Source: Chrysemys picta bellii (Eukaryota). From it: DNA of 64,000 nt. Positions 10,480-22,049 of the stretch are shown here, piece after piece. The position numbers and the translations under genes were made by a program. Positions within the stretch are counted from its first letter, which is position 1. Every line of letters begins with the position of its first letter. The notes under the pieces were generated by a model that was given only the letters and a program-made list of their open reading frames with translations, was not told the DNA's origin and did not search any database. Location of the stretch: NCBI RefSeq assembly GCF_011386835.1, contig NC_088791.1, positions 355,198,001 to 355,262,000 of the forward strand, read 5' to 3'.

Positions 10480-10612
10480 CAAACATTGATGGTCTGGGTG
10501 ATGGGATGGATTGCACCCTCAGCAAGTTCATGGATGACACTAAGCTAAGGGGAGAGGTTGATATGCTATAGGGTAGGGCAGTAGGGGAAGTCTAGGTTGG
10601 ATAATAGGAAAA
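10480..10612 (+). mobile_element. Internally deleted CR1 fragment (copies ~23560, ~36645)
   Basis: GATGGGATGGATTGCACCCTCAGCAAGTTCATGGATGACACTAAGCT fused to GTCTAGGTTGGATA. Confidence 0.75.
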
Positions 10613-10614
10613 AA

Positions 10615-12575
10615 GGTCAAACATTCCTTCAAAGCTTGTAACATCTTTGCCCCTTACCCACTTTCCCACCAAATCTTTCTTTTTTTTTTAACATATTCCA
10701 CCTTACTCATATCAGCACCCCTCTTAAGATACCTAAATTTCACTCCTTATGTTTCAGGGGTAATCTGAAATTGTTCCAAAACCATTTCTTTGAATTTACA
10801 ATAATCAAAAGCATTCTCAATTGGCATTTTATTGAACGTATACAGAGCTTTACCAATTAACTTTCAACTAAAGTGGGCATCTTCTCGTCATCATGAATCA
10901 CACACAGCCTCTCAAAGATAGTGAAGTATTCAGCTATATCAATGGCCTCATTGTATGCAGGACACAACTGTTCCCATTTGTGGATTTTTGGAGAGGTGGG
11001 AAATAGTGTGTGTGGGGGGGGAGGGTCTGGTTCTGCTTGTCCAGGAAGTCCAACTAGTGTTTCTGCTCTTCCCTCTTTCTCCTCAATTTCTTGTTATTTT
11101 AGTTCCCTAGACCTACTCTTTTGAGCCTCCTCTCCGGCAGTCTCTGTCTTCTTTAGCTTAAAAATTCACCTATGTTCGTTTTCTTTTTCTGCTGCCTGAA
11201 AACTGAATAGCTTGAATTTTGAAATTGTTTGCTGTTTTCTCTCATCTTGTTGCTTTTCTGTCCCTACTTCCCTTTCTGAAATAAGGAAACATAAAAGAAA
11301 AAAAGTATGGTGACCTATTTGATCTCCAGCCACCACACTTAAAATCTCTGCACAAGTGTATGAAGTTCAAATTTCACTCAGAACAACAAGGTGTGCATTT
11401 TGCACTGCTTGTAATGCCACTGTGATGGACTATGTCAGGATATAATCTGGAACTCGGGCACTGCTGATCCCTCTAGCATATCAATCTGGGCCCCCTCCCC
11501 TCTCAGGCTGTGAGAAGCTTTAGATGCCTACAGGACCCGCACTTAGGCAAACATTCACAGGCAGGGATACACCCAATTGAGTTACATGAATGCTTTCGCC
11601 AGCCATCCATGAACCCCCTGTAGCAAGGATCTAGCCAACTACCCCCAGTTCACCAGCCTGGGACACAGAGCTGACCAGCTTGTCCTGTTTATAAGCCTGA
11701 CTGGTAAGTTTATTACTCATCTGCCCCTCCCTCAATGTGGAGAGGACAATGCCCCAGCCCCTGATCCTGAGCAGATTTCCCTTTACACTTCAAACAGCAC
11801 ACGGTTTTAGGTTAAAAAAACAGAACAGATTTATTAACGACAAGTAATAAGTGTACAGCTCAAAGAAGATTACCTTAAGAAATAAAGGAAAATTGCAAAC
11901 TCAGTTCTATAAATTAGACAGGATTTGAATCAAGCAGTGTCTCACCCTGATGGGACAAACAGTTACCCAATCCATACATGGGCCAGGATTCCTTCTTCCC
12001 AGCCTGGGACCACCTTTTTCCTCTAGTAGTGCTTTCAGGTGTTCAGTTGTGGGTGTCGGGGACTGAGACCAAGTGGTGATGTCACTTCCCCCTGTTAATA
12101 GCTTCTGCCATGTGGAGGAAACTTTATTTTTTCAAAATAATCCCACAGCAGTTAGAGGAACAGTATGGGCACACGATTGATTCTAAAATCATATGAGTTG
12201 GTCACGTGCCCTGGCATGTTTCAGTGAGTGATAGCAGGGGTTATTATCCATATTCTGGTCCATGGCCCATTGTGCTCATTGATGGGGCATGCATTTGAAT
12301 AGTCCATTCACAATATGCTGGCTAGACTGACTGCAAACTACATTTTGGGAATTACCACAGGAACAAACACATTTAAAATGTAGGTATATAATCAGTATTG
12401 ATCATTTCAAATCCAAAAATGATACATGCATAAAAATATGATGGTCATAGTTAGCAAATGATAACTTTTCCATTGACACCTCATATGGCATATTTTGTAC
12501 AAGATTTGTTGCCATTACATAGCAGTGGTTAATGTGGGGATGCCAGTGTGTTGTTTTGGGGTACAGAGTGTCACA
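10615..12575 (-). mobile_element. Truncated Gypsy LTR retrotransposon: 5' LTR (11421-12575), PBS-like site, decayed SCAN-type gag
   Basis: LTR ends TGTGA...TCACA; minus-strand AATAAA; GTGGC directly after LTR; minus-strand translation KIHKWEQLCPAY...AEYFTIFERLC and GKALYTFNKMPIENAFDYCKFKEMVLEQFQITPET*GVKFRYLKR. Confidence 0.8.
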
Positions 12576-12629
12576 GCAATATATCTATCAAATGATATCA
12601 TCTTGTCCAAACAGTGCTCAAAGCTGGGC

Positions 12630-13194
12630 TGTGATGGGGCAGCCCCGCCCCGCACTAGCCCTGGCAGCGCCACACCAGTAGCTCTGTCGGCGGAAGTCCC
12701 GCCTCGCTCGTACTGGGCATGCTCCAAATGCTCAGGGAATATAAAAAGAGGGAACTCGGCTTAGTCCGGGCTGATGACCGCAGGAGAAGCACCTATAGGG
12801 AGAGCTCCGGCAGAGGACCAGCCCGCACTTCTGAAGCTACCGGGAACTGAGGCCGCTCCAGGCCGGTGCAAAGCCCCACTGCGGGAGGAACCAGAGGAGG
12901 CAACAGACCCCAAGACGCATGGAGAACCAGGGGACCCGTGGGAGACCCCAATGGCTGATCTGGTAGGAAGCGACCAGGGGGGAGTGACGGACTGGTATCT
13001 TGGCACCTGTAAGCCTCAGTGTGTTTCGGTAGGACCCCCCAGCTCAGTCAGTAGCAAGGTCATGCTGCCTGTGACGAGGGCTAACTCTGTGTGGACTCTG
13101 GCCACTAGGCCATGCTGCCTATGATGAGGGCTAACTCCGTGGACTCTGGCCACTAGGCCATGCTGCCCTGTGACACGGACGTTAAACCGTCACA
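12630..13194 (+). mobile_element. CpG-rich solo LTR (Gypsy-like) with 2 copies of a ~50-bp internal repeat
   Basis: TGTGATGG...CCGTCACA ends, 5-bp flanks TGGGC/AGGGC, GC box CCCCGCCCC, ATATAAAAAG. Confidence 0.8.
13069..13167 (+). repeat. ~48-51-bp minisatellite (2 copies here; 3 at ~26154-26301 and ~39234-39381)
   Basis: Unit CTGTGACGAGGGCTAACTCCG(TG)TGGACTCTGGCCACTAGGCCATGCTGC(C). Confidence 0.9.
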
Positions 13195-13204
13195 AGGGCT
13201 AATT

Positions 13205-14110
13205 CTACCTAAATCATCCCAGCTAGGGCTTTGTCGAGCCAGGCCTTAACAACCTCTAACAATGAAGATTCCACCATATCCCTAGGTAACCCATTCCAGT
13301 GTTTCACCACCCTCCTAGTGAAAAAGTTTTTTTTTCCTAATATCCAACCTAGACCTCCCCCACTGCAACTTGAGATCAATGCTTCTTATTCTGTCATCTG
13401 CCATCATTGAGAACAGCCTAGCTCTAACCTTTTTGGAAACCCCCTTCAGGTAGTTGAAGGCTGCAATGAAATCCCCCTCAGTCTTCTCCAGACCAAATAA
13501 GCCCAGTTCCCTCAGCCTCTCCTCATAAGTCATGTACCCCAGCCCCGTAACCATTTTTATTGTCCTCCACTGGACTCTCTCCAATTTGTCCACATCCTTC
13601 CTGTAGTGGGGGGCCACCAAACTGGACATAATACTCCAGATGTGGCCTCACCAGTTCCAAATAGAGGGGGATAATCATTTCCCTCGATCTGTTGACAATA
13701 CTCCTACTAATGCAGCTCAATATGCCGTTAGCCTTCTTGGCAACGAGGGCACACTCTTGACTTATGTGCAGCTTCTCATCCACTGTAATCCCTGGGTAGT
13801 TTTCTGCAGAACTGCCAGTTATCCAGTTGGTCTGCAGACTGTAGCAATGCATGCAGGACTCTGCATTGTCCTTGTTGAACATCATCAGATTTCTTTTGTC
13901 CAATTTGCCTAGGTCATTCTGGACCCTATCCCTACCCCCAAGGGTATCTACCTCTCCTCCCAGATTAGTGTCATCCACTACGTTCTGAGGGTGAAATCCA
14001 TCCTATCATCCAGATCATTAATGAAGATGTTGAACAAAACAAACCCCAGCACGGAACCCAGGGCACTCCACTTGATATAATCATCATCATACTTGACTTT
14101 TCTATCTTGG
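13205..14110 (-). mobile_element. CR1 ORF2 3' fragment (copies ~26340-27245, ~39420-40325; older paralog ~53380-54330)
   Basis: MDDTNLGGEVDTL...CALVAKKANGILSCI; DVDKLERVQ...RSRLDIRKK. Confidence 0.92.
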
Positions 14111-14169
14111 TGGATACCAAAGGCTGGTTTGCTGTAAGTGAACTGCACACTATGTCCTACCTCAGTGAC

Positions 14170-14929
14170 CATAAGAACGATCATACTGGGTCAGACCAAA
14201 GATCTGTCTAGCCCAGTATTCTGTCTTCTGACAGTGGCCAATTCCAGGTGACACAGAGGGACTGAACAGAACAGGTAATGATCAAGTGATCCATCCACCA
14301 GAACCCATTCCCAGCTTCTAGCAAACAGAGGCTAGGGACAACACCTATTCACATCCTGGCTACTATCCATTAATGGACCAATTCTCCATGAATATGTCTA
14401 GTTCATTTTGGAACCCCGTTATAGTCTTGGCCTTCACAACATCCTGTGGCAAAGAGTTCCAGAGACTGACTGTGAGTTGTGTGAAAAAAAATACATTCTT
14501 TCATATGTTTTAAACCTGCTACCTATTAATTTCATTGGGTGACACCTAGTTCTTGTGTTATGAGGAGTAAATAACATTTCCTTATTCTTTTTTTACACCT
14601 TTCATGATTTTATAGAACTCTCTCATACTCTCCCCCCTTTAGTCATCTCTTTGCCAAGCAGACAACTCCCCGTCTTTTTCATCTCAACCCATAAAGAAAT
14701 TGTTTGATGCCCCTAATCATTTCTCTGTACCTTTTCCAATTCCAGTATATCTTTTTTGAAATGGGGCAATCAGAGCCGCATGCAGTATTCAATATACACG
14801 CATACTATAGGTATAGATAGAGGCAATATATTATCCCTCTTATTACCTCTTCCTTTCCCAGTGATTCCCAATATTCTGTTAACTTTTTTGACTGCCACTG
14901 CAGATTGTGTGGATGTTTTTGGAGAACTA
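14170..14929 (-). mobile_element. CR1 3' fragment of a second subfamily, cut at the duplication junction (continues intact at 40385-41360)
   Basis: CATAAGAACGATCATACTGGGTCAGACCAAAG tail; homologous to ~54650-55610. Confidence 0.85.
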
Positions 14930-15357
14930 ATCCAATATATATTCAATAGAGGTCCTTATTTGTATTTCCTCCCCTTAAGGTGTCCGTTTTCTATAGGTTA
15001 GTATATGTATGGTGTTACCCTATTAGCATACACGTCAATTTGCTGTCATGGTACCTTTGCGGTCGGACGTTCTGTCCGGAACCTTCTGGATGCTGGTGTC
15101 AGCTCTGTTCTGTGCTAGTGTCAGCTCTGTTCTGTGGGTGGCTAATGTCAGTATTCTGGACAAAATGCTCCCTTTGGCATACCACTTTCTGTTCCCTATA
15201 ACTTATGAGTTACTTAAGTCTATCTATGCCAAAGGTTATAGGCCTCAAGCCTCACACTATCTACTAAAGCCAAATCTTACAAGCTAAAAGCCTGAAGGTT
15301 CTTTGCATTACTGCTAAATATAACAAATCAAAATAACAAAGCAGTGACTATAATACA
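14930..15357 (-). mobile_element. Possible truncated ERV-like LTR U3 region (copy 28064-28491)
   Basis: Minus strand begins TGTATTATAG; 19-bp direct repeat GTGTCAGCTCTGTTCTGTG at 15096 and 15118; truncated at the junction. Confidence 0.35.
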
Positions 15358-15359
15358 GG

Positions 15360-15765
15360 TAAGCTGGCCGACTGGGCTACACCCAGGAGTGATAGTCCTC
15401 CAGGGCCCGGAGCTCCTCTCTCTTCTCCCAGCATGCTCTGCAGAGGGATGGATCCCCAGGCCTGGAGGCCAGATGCCTCTCAACTTCAAAGACCACCTGC
15501 TCCAACAGCCCAACAGTCTGCTGGCTGCTGCCCTGGGTGTAGTCACGGCAGAATAGCCAGATGTGCAGCTTCCCGACAACCTACCAATGCTATGCCATAG
15601 GAAAGGCATGCTGCTTCCAATGTCAGGCCTTCCAGAACCCCCGGAAGAATGCCACAAAGCCCACATTCTCCAGCAGCCTATTCTCAAAATTCCAGTAGTT
15701 CAGCCTGGATCTCTGAGAAGAGAGAAACTGTCACAGACACCAAATGGTGGTCCTAGAACAGAGCC
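15360..15765 (-). mobile_element. Tx1/L1-clade LINE ORF2 linker remnant (copy ~28494-28900)
   Basis: Minus-strand translation YWNFENRLLENVGFVAFFRGFWKA*...LFCRDYTQG...RPGDPSLCRACWEKREELRALED with stops, resembling Tx1-type endonuclease-RT linker (recognised from memory). Confidence 0.65.
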
Positions 15766-15774
15766 AGCCAAATC

Positions 15775-16320
15775 AGGGGATTTGATAGCAGCCTTCAACG
15801 ACCTGAAGGGGGTTCCAAAGAGGATGGAGCTCGGCTATTCTCAGTGGTAGCAGATGACAGAACAAGGAGCAATGGTCTCAAGTTGCAGTGGGGGAGGTCC
15901 AGGTTGGATATTAGGAAACACTATTTCACTAGTAGGATGGCGAATCACTGGACTGGATACCAAGGGAGGTGATGGAATCTCCATCCTTAGAGGTTTTTAA
16001 GGCCCAGCTTGTCAAAGCCCTCTCTGGGATGATTTATTTGGGGTTGATCCTGCTTTGAGCAGGGGGTTGGAGTAGACGATCTCCTGAGGTCTCTTCCAAC
16101 CCTAATCTTAAGAACATAAGAACGGCCATAGTGGGTCAGACCAAAGGTCCGTCTAGCCCAGTATCCTGACTTCTGACAGTGGTCAGTGCCAGGTGCCCCA
16201 GAGGGAATGAACAGAAGAGGGAATCATCCCCTGTCGCTCATTCCCAGCTTCTGGCAAACAAAGGCTAGGGACACCATCCCTGCCAATCTTCTATGATTCT
16301 ATGATTGATTCTATGAATGC
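15775..16320 (+). mobile_element. CR1 3' end with (ATTCTATG)n tail and a nested antisense CR1 tail (~16110-16290); copy ~28909-29455
   Basis: GATAGCAGCCTTCAAC...TCTCTTCCAACCCTAATCT, then TAAGAACATAAGAACGGCC..., then TCTATGATTCTATG. Confidence 0.88.
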
Positions 16321-17169
16321 TGCAGGAGTGGGCCTGTGCAAGATGGAAGTGTGATAGTCAGAGTACAGGAATGTCCCCTCATTTGTCATGTGGTGGGAGG
16401 ATGCCCAGGACAGAATGGCTGATTAAGCATCTGTGCCCCAAGGCACCCTTCCTGTGGCTCAGGCTGTGAGATGGAACTGTGTAACTGACCCCCCGGAGAG
16501 AAGCAGTCATGCAACTGACCTCTTGGGGATAGAGAGAGGGGTGACGGAGTGTAACCCTATCCAGGTCCCGATTTTTCAGGACTTTGTCCATCACGTGCTT
16601 GTGAAAACTAACTCTGTCTCTTTAAGACAGGATGTGAATCAGATCACAACTCTCTAGGTTGCAGTGCTGGGAGTGGAGATCACAAGGAAAGCATGAGATG
16701 GGGGCGGGTTTATTTTTTCCATGGGCATAACCCTGGGGCTGGGAAGCTACTCCACAGGGGGCTAGCCAACACGCAAAGTCCCCTTACATCCTTACCTCAC
16801 CAGACACTGGAATACCAAGACAGCAAACATGACCTTAGGCTGACTGAAGGGAACACTGAGGGAAAAGGAAAATCAGTAATTAAACATGTTAATGTTCAGG
16901 GAGGATTGAATGACACAAAGGGTTTTGAACAAAGGAAACTGTCCAAGCAAAAAGTGTGGAATAATAAGAATACTTGGAAATGCCTACCTGTGATAAAAGA
17001 TTTGGTGTTATTGTTAAATCTCATGATGCAAAATTTGTTGCTAATGCTAAACATTATAACAGAAAATTTGGTACCTATCGTAAATCCTACGAAAAGGTGT
17101 AACATGCATGATATTTGGGGAAAGGTCTTGGACATGCTTGGAATAGTAAACAAGAAGCCCTATAGGGAG

Positions 17170-17350
17170 ACCATGGTTACAGCAGGGAAGTCAGAAGTGA
17201 TGGATTCTGTCTGTCATTTTCTGTGTGACTTTGGCTAAATCACATCTCCCCGTGCCTCAGTTTATCTATCTGTATAATGGGGTTATGTTCATAGTGACTT
17301 CCCTTTGCTTGGTGCTTTGAAGAGCCTTCAAAGAAAGGTACTACACAGTA
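17170..17350 (+). mobile_element. MIR/CORE-type SINE remnant (copies ~30304-30485; inverted ~51400-51615)
   Basis: CTGTGTGACTTTGGCTAAATCAC...GTGCCTCAGTTTATCTATCTGTATAATGGGG resembles the CORE consensus. Confidence 0.75.
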
Positions 17351-20233
17351 TGATCATAGTTACTGGTGAGAATTACTGATCTCTGATCCCTTAACAACAG
17401 CCCAGTGTGCCTCCAGAAGTGTTCATGTTTCCGCTCAGTCGTCTCCTCCAGATCTGTCTCTCTACTATCTACCCAGTTATCCTGGGCATTTACAGGGTGT
17501 TAGACCCAATGGAGATCTAGGCATTATCCCTCGTTTTCTTGCTAATCAAGTATAATTTTTAAATATACACAAATACTCAAAACAGCCAATTCCCCTCTGA
17601 CTCATCACAGAGCCCCAGAGTTCTCATCTCCCTTTGGGAAGGTATCTTAGTTACTGTTTATCCTAAAGCTGGATAATTAGCTCAGAAGCCCAGACAGGCT
17701 TATCTCAAGCCTCTTTACATTCAAATGCTGCTTCTCCCCTAGAGGCCGAGCAAACCCCACTGGGACTTCACAGAGCTATATTATAAATGGTGAATATCCC
17801 CGTGTTGGCTCTTGGCATTGGATGTTGCTATAGATGCTGGGGTGACAGAGGCGAGGGAAACGACTACCTGAGGGGGATTCCCAGGGAGGACACTTCCCTT
17901 TCAGAATTCACAGGTACCCATCTCTTGCTGAGAAGCTCACCTGCTCAACAAACCCAGGGCAATGTGGGAATGATGGGCTAGAGAGCAAGTCTGTGGTCCT
18001 TTCACTGTGATCCTTTCACAGTATCACTGGCCAAAATGTCACTGTTTTCTGTGCACCCCTGCCCGACCCAGCTGATGGCCTCCAGCACCAAAGTGGCTGC
18101 ATTTCATTGGCACAGTGGATCCTTCAGGGTGAAATGTTTTAAGAGATGTACAATACAAGGCCAAATTCTGAGGCTGGGACACGTACTTTGCTCAGACCTC
18201 ACTGAGGCAAAACACCCCTTGGAATAAGAACTCAGTAAAGACTTCAGGAACCAGCTGTGTGTTAATGCACTGCCACTGTCACTTCCTCTTCCACTTAAAG
18301 ATCTGGCTTTTAATTGGCGGCTGTTACCTGCTTTTTTATCTTCTGGACAGCATGGAGCTGCTAGGACTCCTCACTGAACAATTATAAGAATTTTTCAACA
18401 TGGGTAAGACATATTTTCTCCAAGCTTCATTTGAGACATTGGCTGAACTGTTATGCCATAACATTTCAAAAGACAATTCAGCCAGAAGCAGACACCCGGC
18501 CTGGGAAATTTCAGTCCAAACACCTAAAATTTGACACACTTCCAAGCAACTGAAAATGACGTCTTCTTACTGAGGTGTGTCTTAATCATTGAAGACTAAG
18601 GGCTATCCACAGTTCCACTGTCCTCCTCTTCTTACAGTTAGGAAGTTTTTCCTGAAATTTAATTTAAATCTGGTATGGTGGAAGTTTGAAATAATTGCCT
18701 CTTGTCCTGTCCTCTGTGGTAAGACAAAACAGCTTTCCTCCACCTCTTTATGGCAGCCTTTCAAGTATTTGAAGAAGGCTATCCCGTCCCACTTAATCTC
18801 CTCTTTTCCACACTAAACATAACAAGTTCCTTCCACCTTTGGTCTTATGGCTTGTATTCCATCCCTTTAGTCATCTTTGCCACTCACCTCTGGATCCTTT
18901 CCAGTTTCTATACATCCTTCACCATAATTTGGTGACCATAATTATACACAGTACTCCAGCTGAGGCCAAAGCAGTGCTTCGTAGAGGAATACTATCACAT
19001 ACTGTGACTTGAATGCTATGTCTCTGCTAATACAACCTAATGTTGCATTTGCCTATTTTGAAACAGCAAAATAATCCAAACATCAATCTAACTCTGGTGT
19101 AGACATGAAGACGTAAACTTAAGATTTCTTCCATCCACCTAGCTACCACTTCTCGGGGAGGTGGACTACCTCTGCTGATGGAAGGAGCCCTGTCTTTGGT
19201 GTAAGTAGTGTCTACAGAGAAGCACTAAGGCAGCGCTGCTATAACATTTTAATTGAAGACAAGCCTTCAGGCAGATTTTGCAATAAAGCATTTGGTCTGG
19301 ATCTGCCGACATGGAGAATTGGAGACTCCACCACTTCCCTTGTCAGTTTGTTCCAACGGTTAAGCACCCTCCGTGCTGAACATTTGGCCATTAATTCCAG
19401 CTGGAATTTGTCTGTGTTCAGCTTCCACCCACTGGGCCCTGCTTTGCCTTTCTCCTCTAGATTACAGAGCCCATTGCTACCCACGGTTATCTCCCCATGC
19501 AAGTGTCTGCTTGATCAGTCTTTTTGATAAATTAAATAGATGAAACCCTTCAAGTCTCTCACGGTCCGGCTTTTTCTCCAGCCTCCAATCATTTTTGTGG
19601 CTCTTTTCGGCACCTTCTCCAATTTTTCTCATCCTTTTAAAGTGCGGACCCCAGAAATGGATGCAATCGGTTTCACCAATGCCATGTGCAGAGGTAAAAT
19701 CCTTCCCCTGCTCCAACTCACCACTCCCCTGTTTATACATCCATGGATCATATCAGCCCTTTTGGCCACAGCATGGCACTGGGAGCTCACAATGAGTTGG
19801 TTTTACACAATGACTTCTAAATCCTGTTCAGCTTCCTTGCATTGCATAATACAGTGTCCAAGACTGTGGGTCAGGCTTGTATTTCCTGTCACGAGAGGAT
19901 AAGTTTGCATTTGACTGTATTAAAATATTTTTTTTTTGCATGGGACACACTTACCAATGCTCCGGATCAATCGGTATGCCTTCCCGGTCCTCCTCATTGT
20001 CACCACTCTGCCAATCTTTGGGTCATCTGAAAATTTTTTCTGCAGTGTTTTTCTATGTCCTCTCAGATCATTGATGAAAATATTGAATAGCATTGGTCCT
20101 AGAACGGATCCCTGCAAAACCCCACTACAAACAGTCCCATTCACTGAGAATGACCTATTAGCAATTGATTTTTGCGATCTGTCAGTTCACCAGTTTTAGT
20201 GTATTTTATGTGTGCACTACTGATATTGTAGAG

Positions 20234-20435
20234 GGGGGAGGGATAGCTCAGTGGTTTGAGCAATTGGCCTCCTAAACCCAGGGTCGTGAGTTCAATCTTT
20301 GAGGTGGGCCACTTAGGGATCTGGGGCAAAAATCAGTCCTTGGTCCTGCTAGTGAAGGCAGGGGGCTGGGCTCAATGACCTTTCAAGGTCCCTTCCAGTT
20401 CTAGGAGATAGGGTATCTCCATATATTTATTTATT
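20234..20435 (+). mobile_element. tRNA-derived turtle SINE (duplicated copy)
   Basis: As 7160; TSD TAGAG. Confidence 0.92.
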
Positions 20436-22049
20436 TAGAGTGTGAATTATTTTATCTCAATGTTTCCCCCAAACAAATCAAATGCCTTAGAAAAATCAAA
20501 GCTTATTGCATCTGCATGGTTCCCTTGATCAGCACAATGTGTACTCTATTAAAGGGATGAAATCAGGTTTACTTGACAAGACCAGGTTTGCCTAAACCCT
20601 GTAGTGAATGGCATTACTTATATGATAGAATGTTTTTCTTGAACTAATTCCATACCAGCTTTTCCATGTTTCCTAACCTTCTCAAAGCTTTTTTTTTTTA
20701 AGCAGTACCTTAATTTTTTTAATGCTTATAAATGTAAAAAGGAATTTCCCTAAATCTTTTCTAGGATTCCTTTTGTTCTTAACATACTTAATAACCTCCT
20801 TTTTGTAATCCTCAACCCTGCCAGCTACAGATTTTCCCCTGATGTCTTCAACGTCCCTTATCAGTTTTCATAACTTCCGATATTTGTTGCTGGCTATTTT
20901 CCCTTTTGCACATTGGTATACATGTATCTTCCCCACTCTAATTCCTGCCTTTACTTTGCAACTGCACCGGCTTTTTAGCCAAAGGTTTTCACCTTCTTGA
21001 CTGAGGAAACATGACTTTTTTCGCTATCTAATGATCTCTGTTAAAAAACGCTCTCAATTTTCATTCCCATATTTTGTCTAATTATTTCCTTCCAATCAGT
21101 TTTGATGATAGTTTCCCTCAGCTTTGGGGAATTAGAACTTTAGCAGCACTGTGTGTCTATAGAAACTATAGTTTTGGTGTTCTCTGTTTGTCCATATGAA
21201 TATAATCAGATCCGTTCCTTATTTTGCTATCTTCTACCATATGCCCCCTTGTTTGTCTCTTCTCTAAACAGCCTCAGACTTTTCAGTCTGTCCACATACG
21301 GCAGCCTCCCCATTCTCATCGCCTGTCTTGGAAATCCCCTTTTTATTTGCTCTATCCTTTATAGAGACTGGGTGACCAAAACTGAGCATGTGTCCAGAGC
21401 AGGTTTTTCTCCATTCCATTCCTAAGGCATCCAAATATTGTTTTGGTTTTGGCCACTGCTGTGAATGAGAAGGTGTTTCTCTGGAGCTGCTGTCAATGAT
21501 GCTGAGGTCTTTTCTCGGAGTTGTTTTCTAGTTGGGATGTTTCCCCAGCACATGTCTTTGCAAAGGTTTGGGTTTTTTTCTACTCTCATATTTTAAGCAA
21601 ACAGATGAAAGGGGAACTCCCTACAGCATGGATTCTCTAGCCTAGCTTTCATTGAATTAGGGAACAATGATTGATAGCCAATATCCACACTCATGTTTCC
21701 TGTTGGTGACTCTTAAGGTTTCCCCCACTATGACATGCAAGAATTATTGATGCATGGAGCATCATAATATATTGATTTAGCATAGCAATGTTCAGTTGTT
21801 CATAATTCATTTATTTAAATAATGAGAATGTCATTTCTCAGTGTATAAAGAGCAACCAATCTACTTCACCCACAAGAACAGCCTCCAGTAGTGCATATAG
21901 TGTCTCATATTAACATTGTCTCTCCATCCAGGCATTTGTACTTCAGCCATCACCCTGGACCCTGGGCACATACAGGAAGTTAGGGGAACCTACGGTGCAT
22001 GCAGGAGACACCGTTCTGCCTCAGAGTTGGACACCTTCTCCCCTACTCC

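Larger units (their letters stand above)
4531..14929 (+). repeat. Tandem segmental duplication, partial copy 1 (~10.4 kb, contains gene 2)
   Basis: Matches 17609-28063 and 30743-41140 at roughly 98-99% by eye; homology starts at AGAGCCCCCAGAGTTCTCATCTCCC. Confidence 0.95.

Noticed and set aside
11421-12575. Interpreting this LTR as a solo LTR
   Set aside because: Flanks do not form a TSD (GCCAC versus GCAAT), and PBS-like and gag sequence follow on the minus strand, so it is the 5' LTR of a truncated element.
12716-12725. p53 response element GGGCATGCTC in the solo LTR
   Set aside because: Only one half-site; the adjacent decamers do not fit RRRCWWGYYY.
13069-13167. ~50-bp repeats as a CRISPR array
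   Set aside because: No unique spacers, no cas genes, vertebrate context; the repeats lie inside an LTR.
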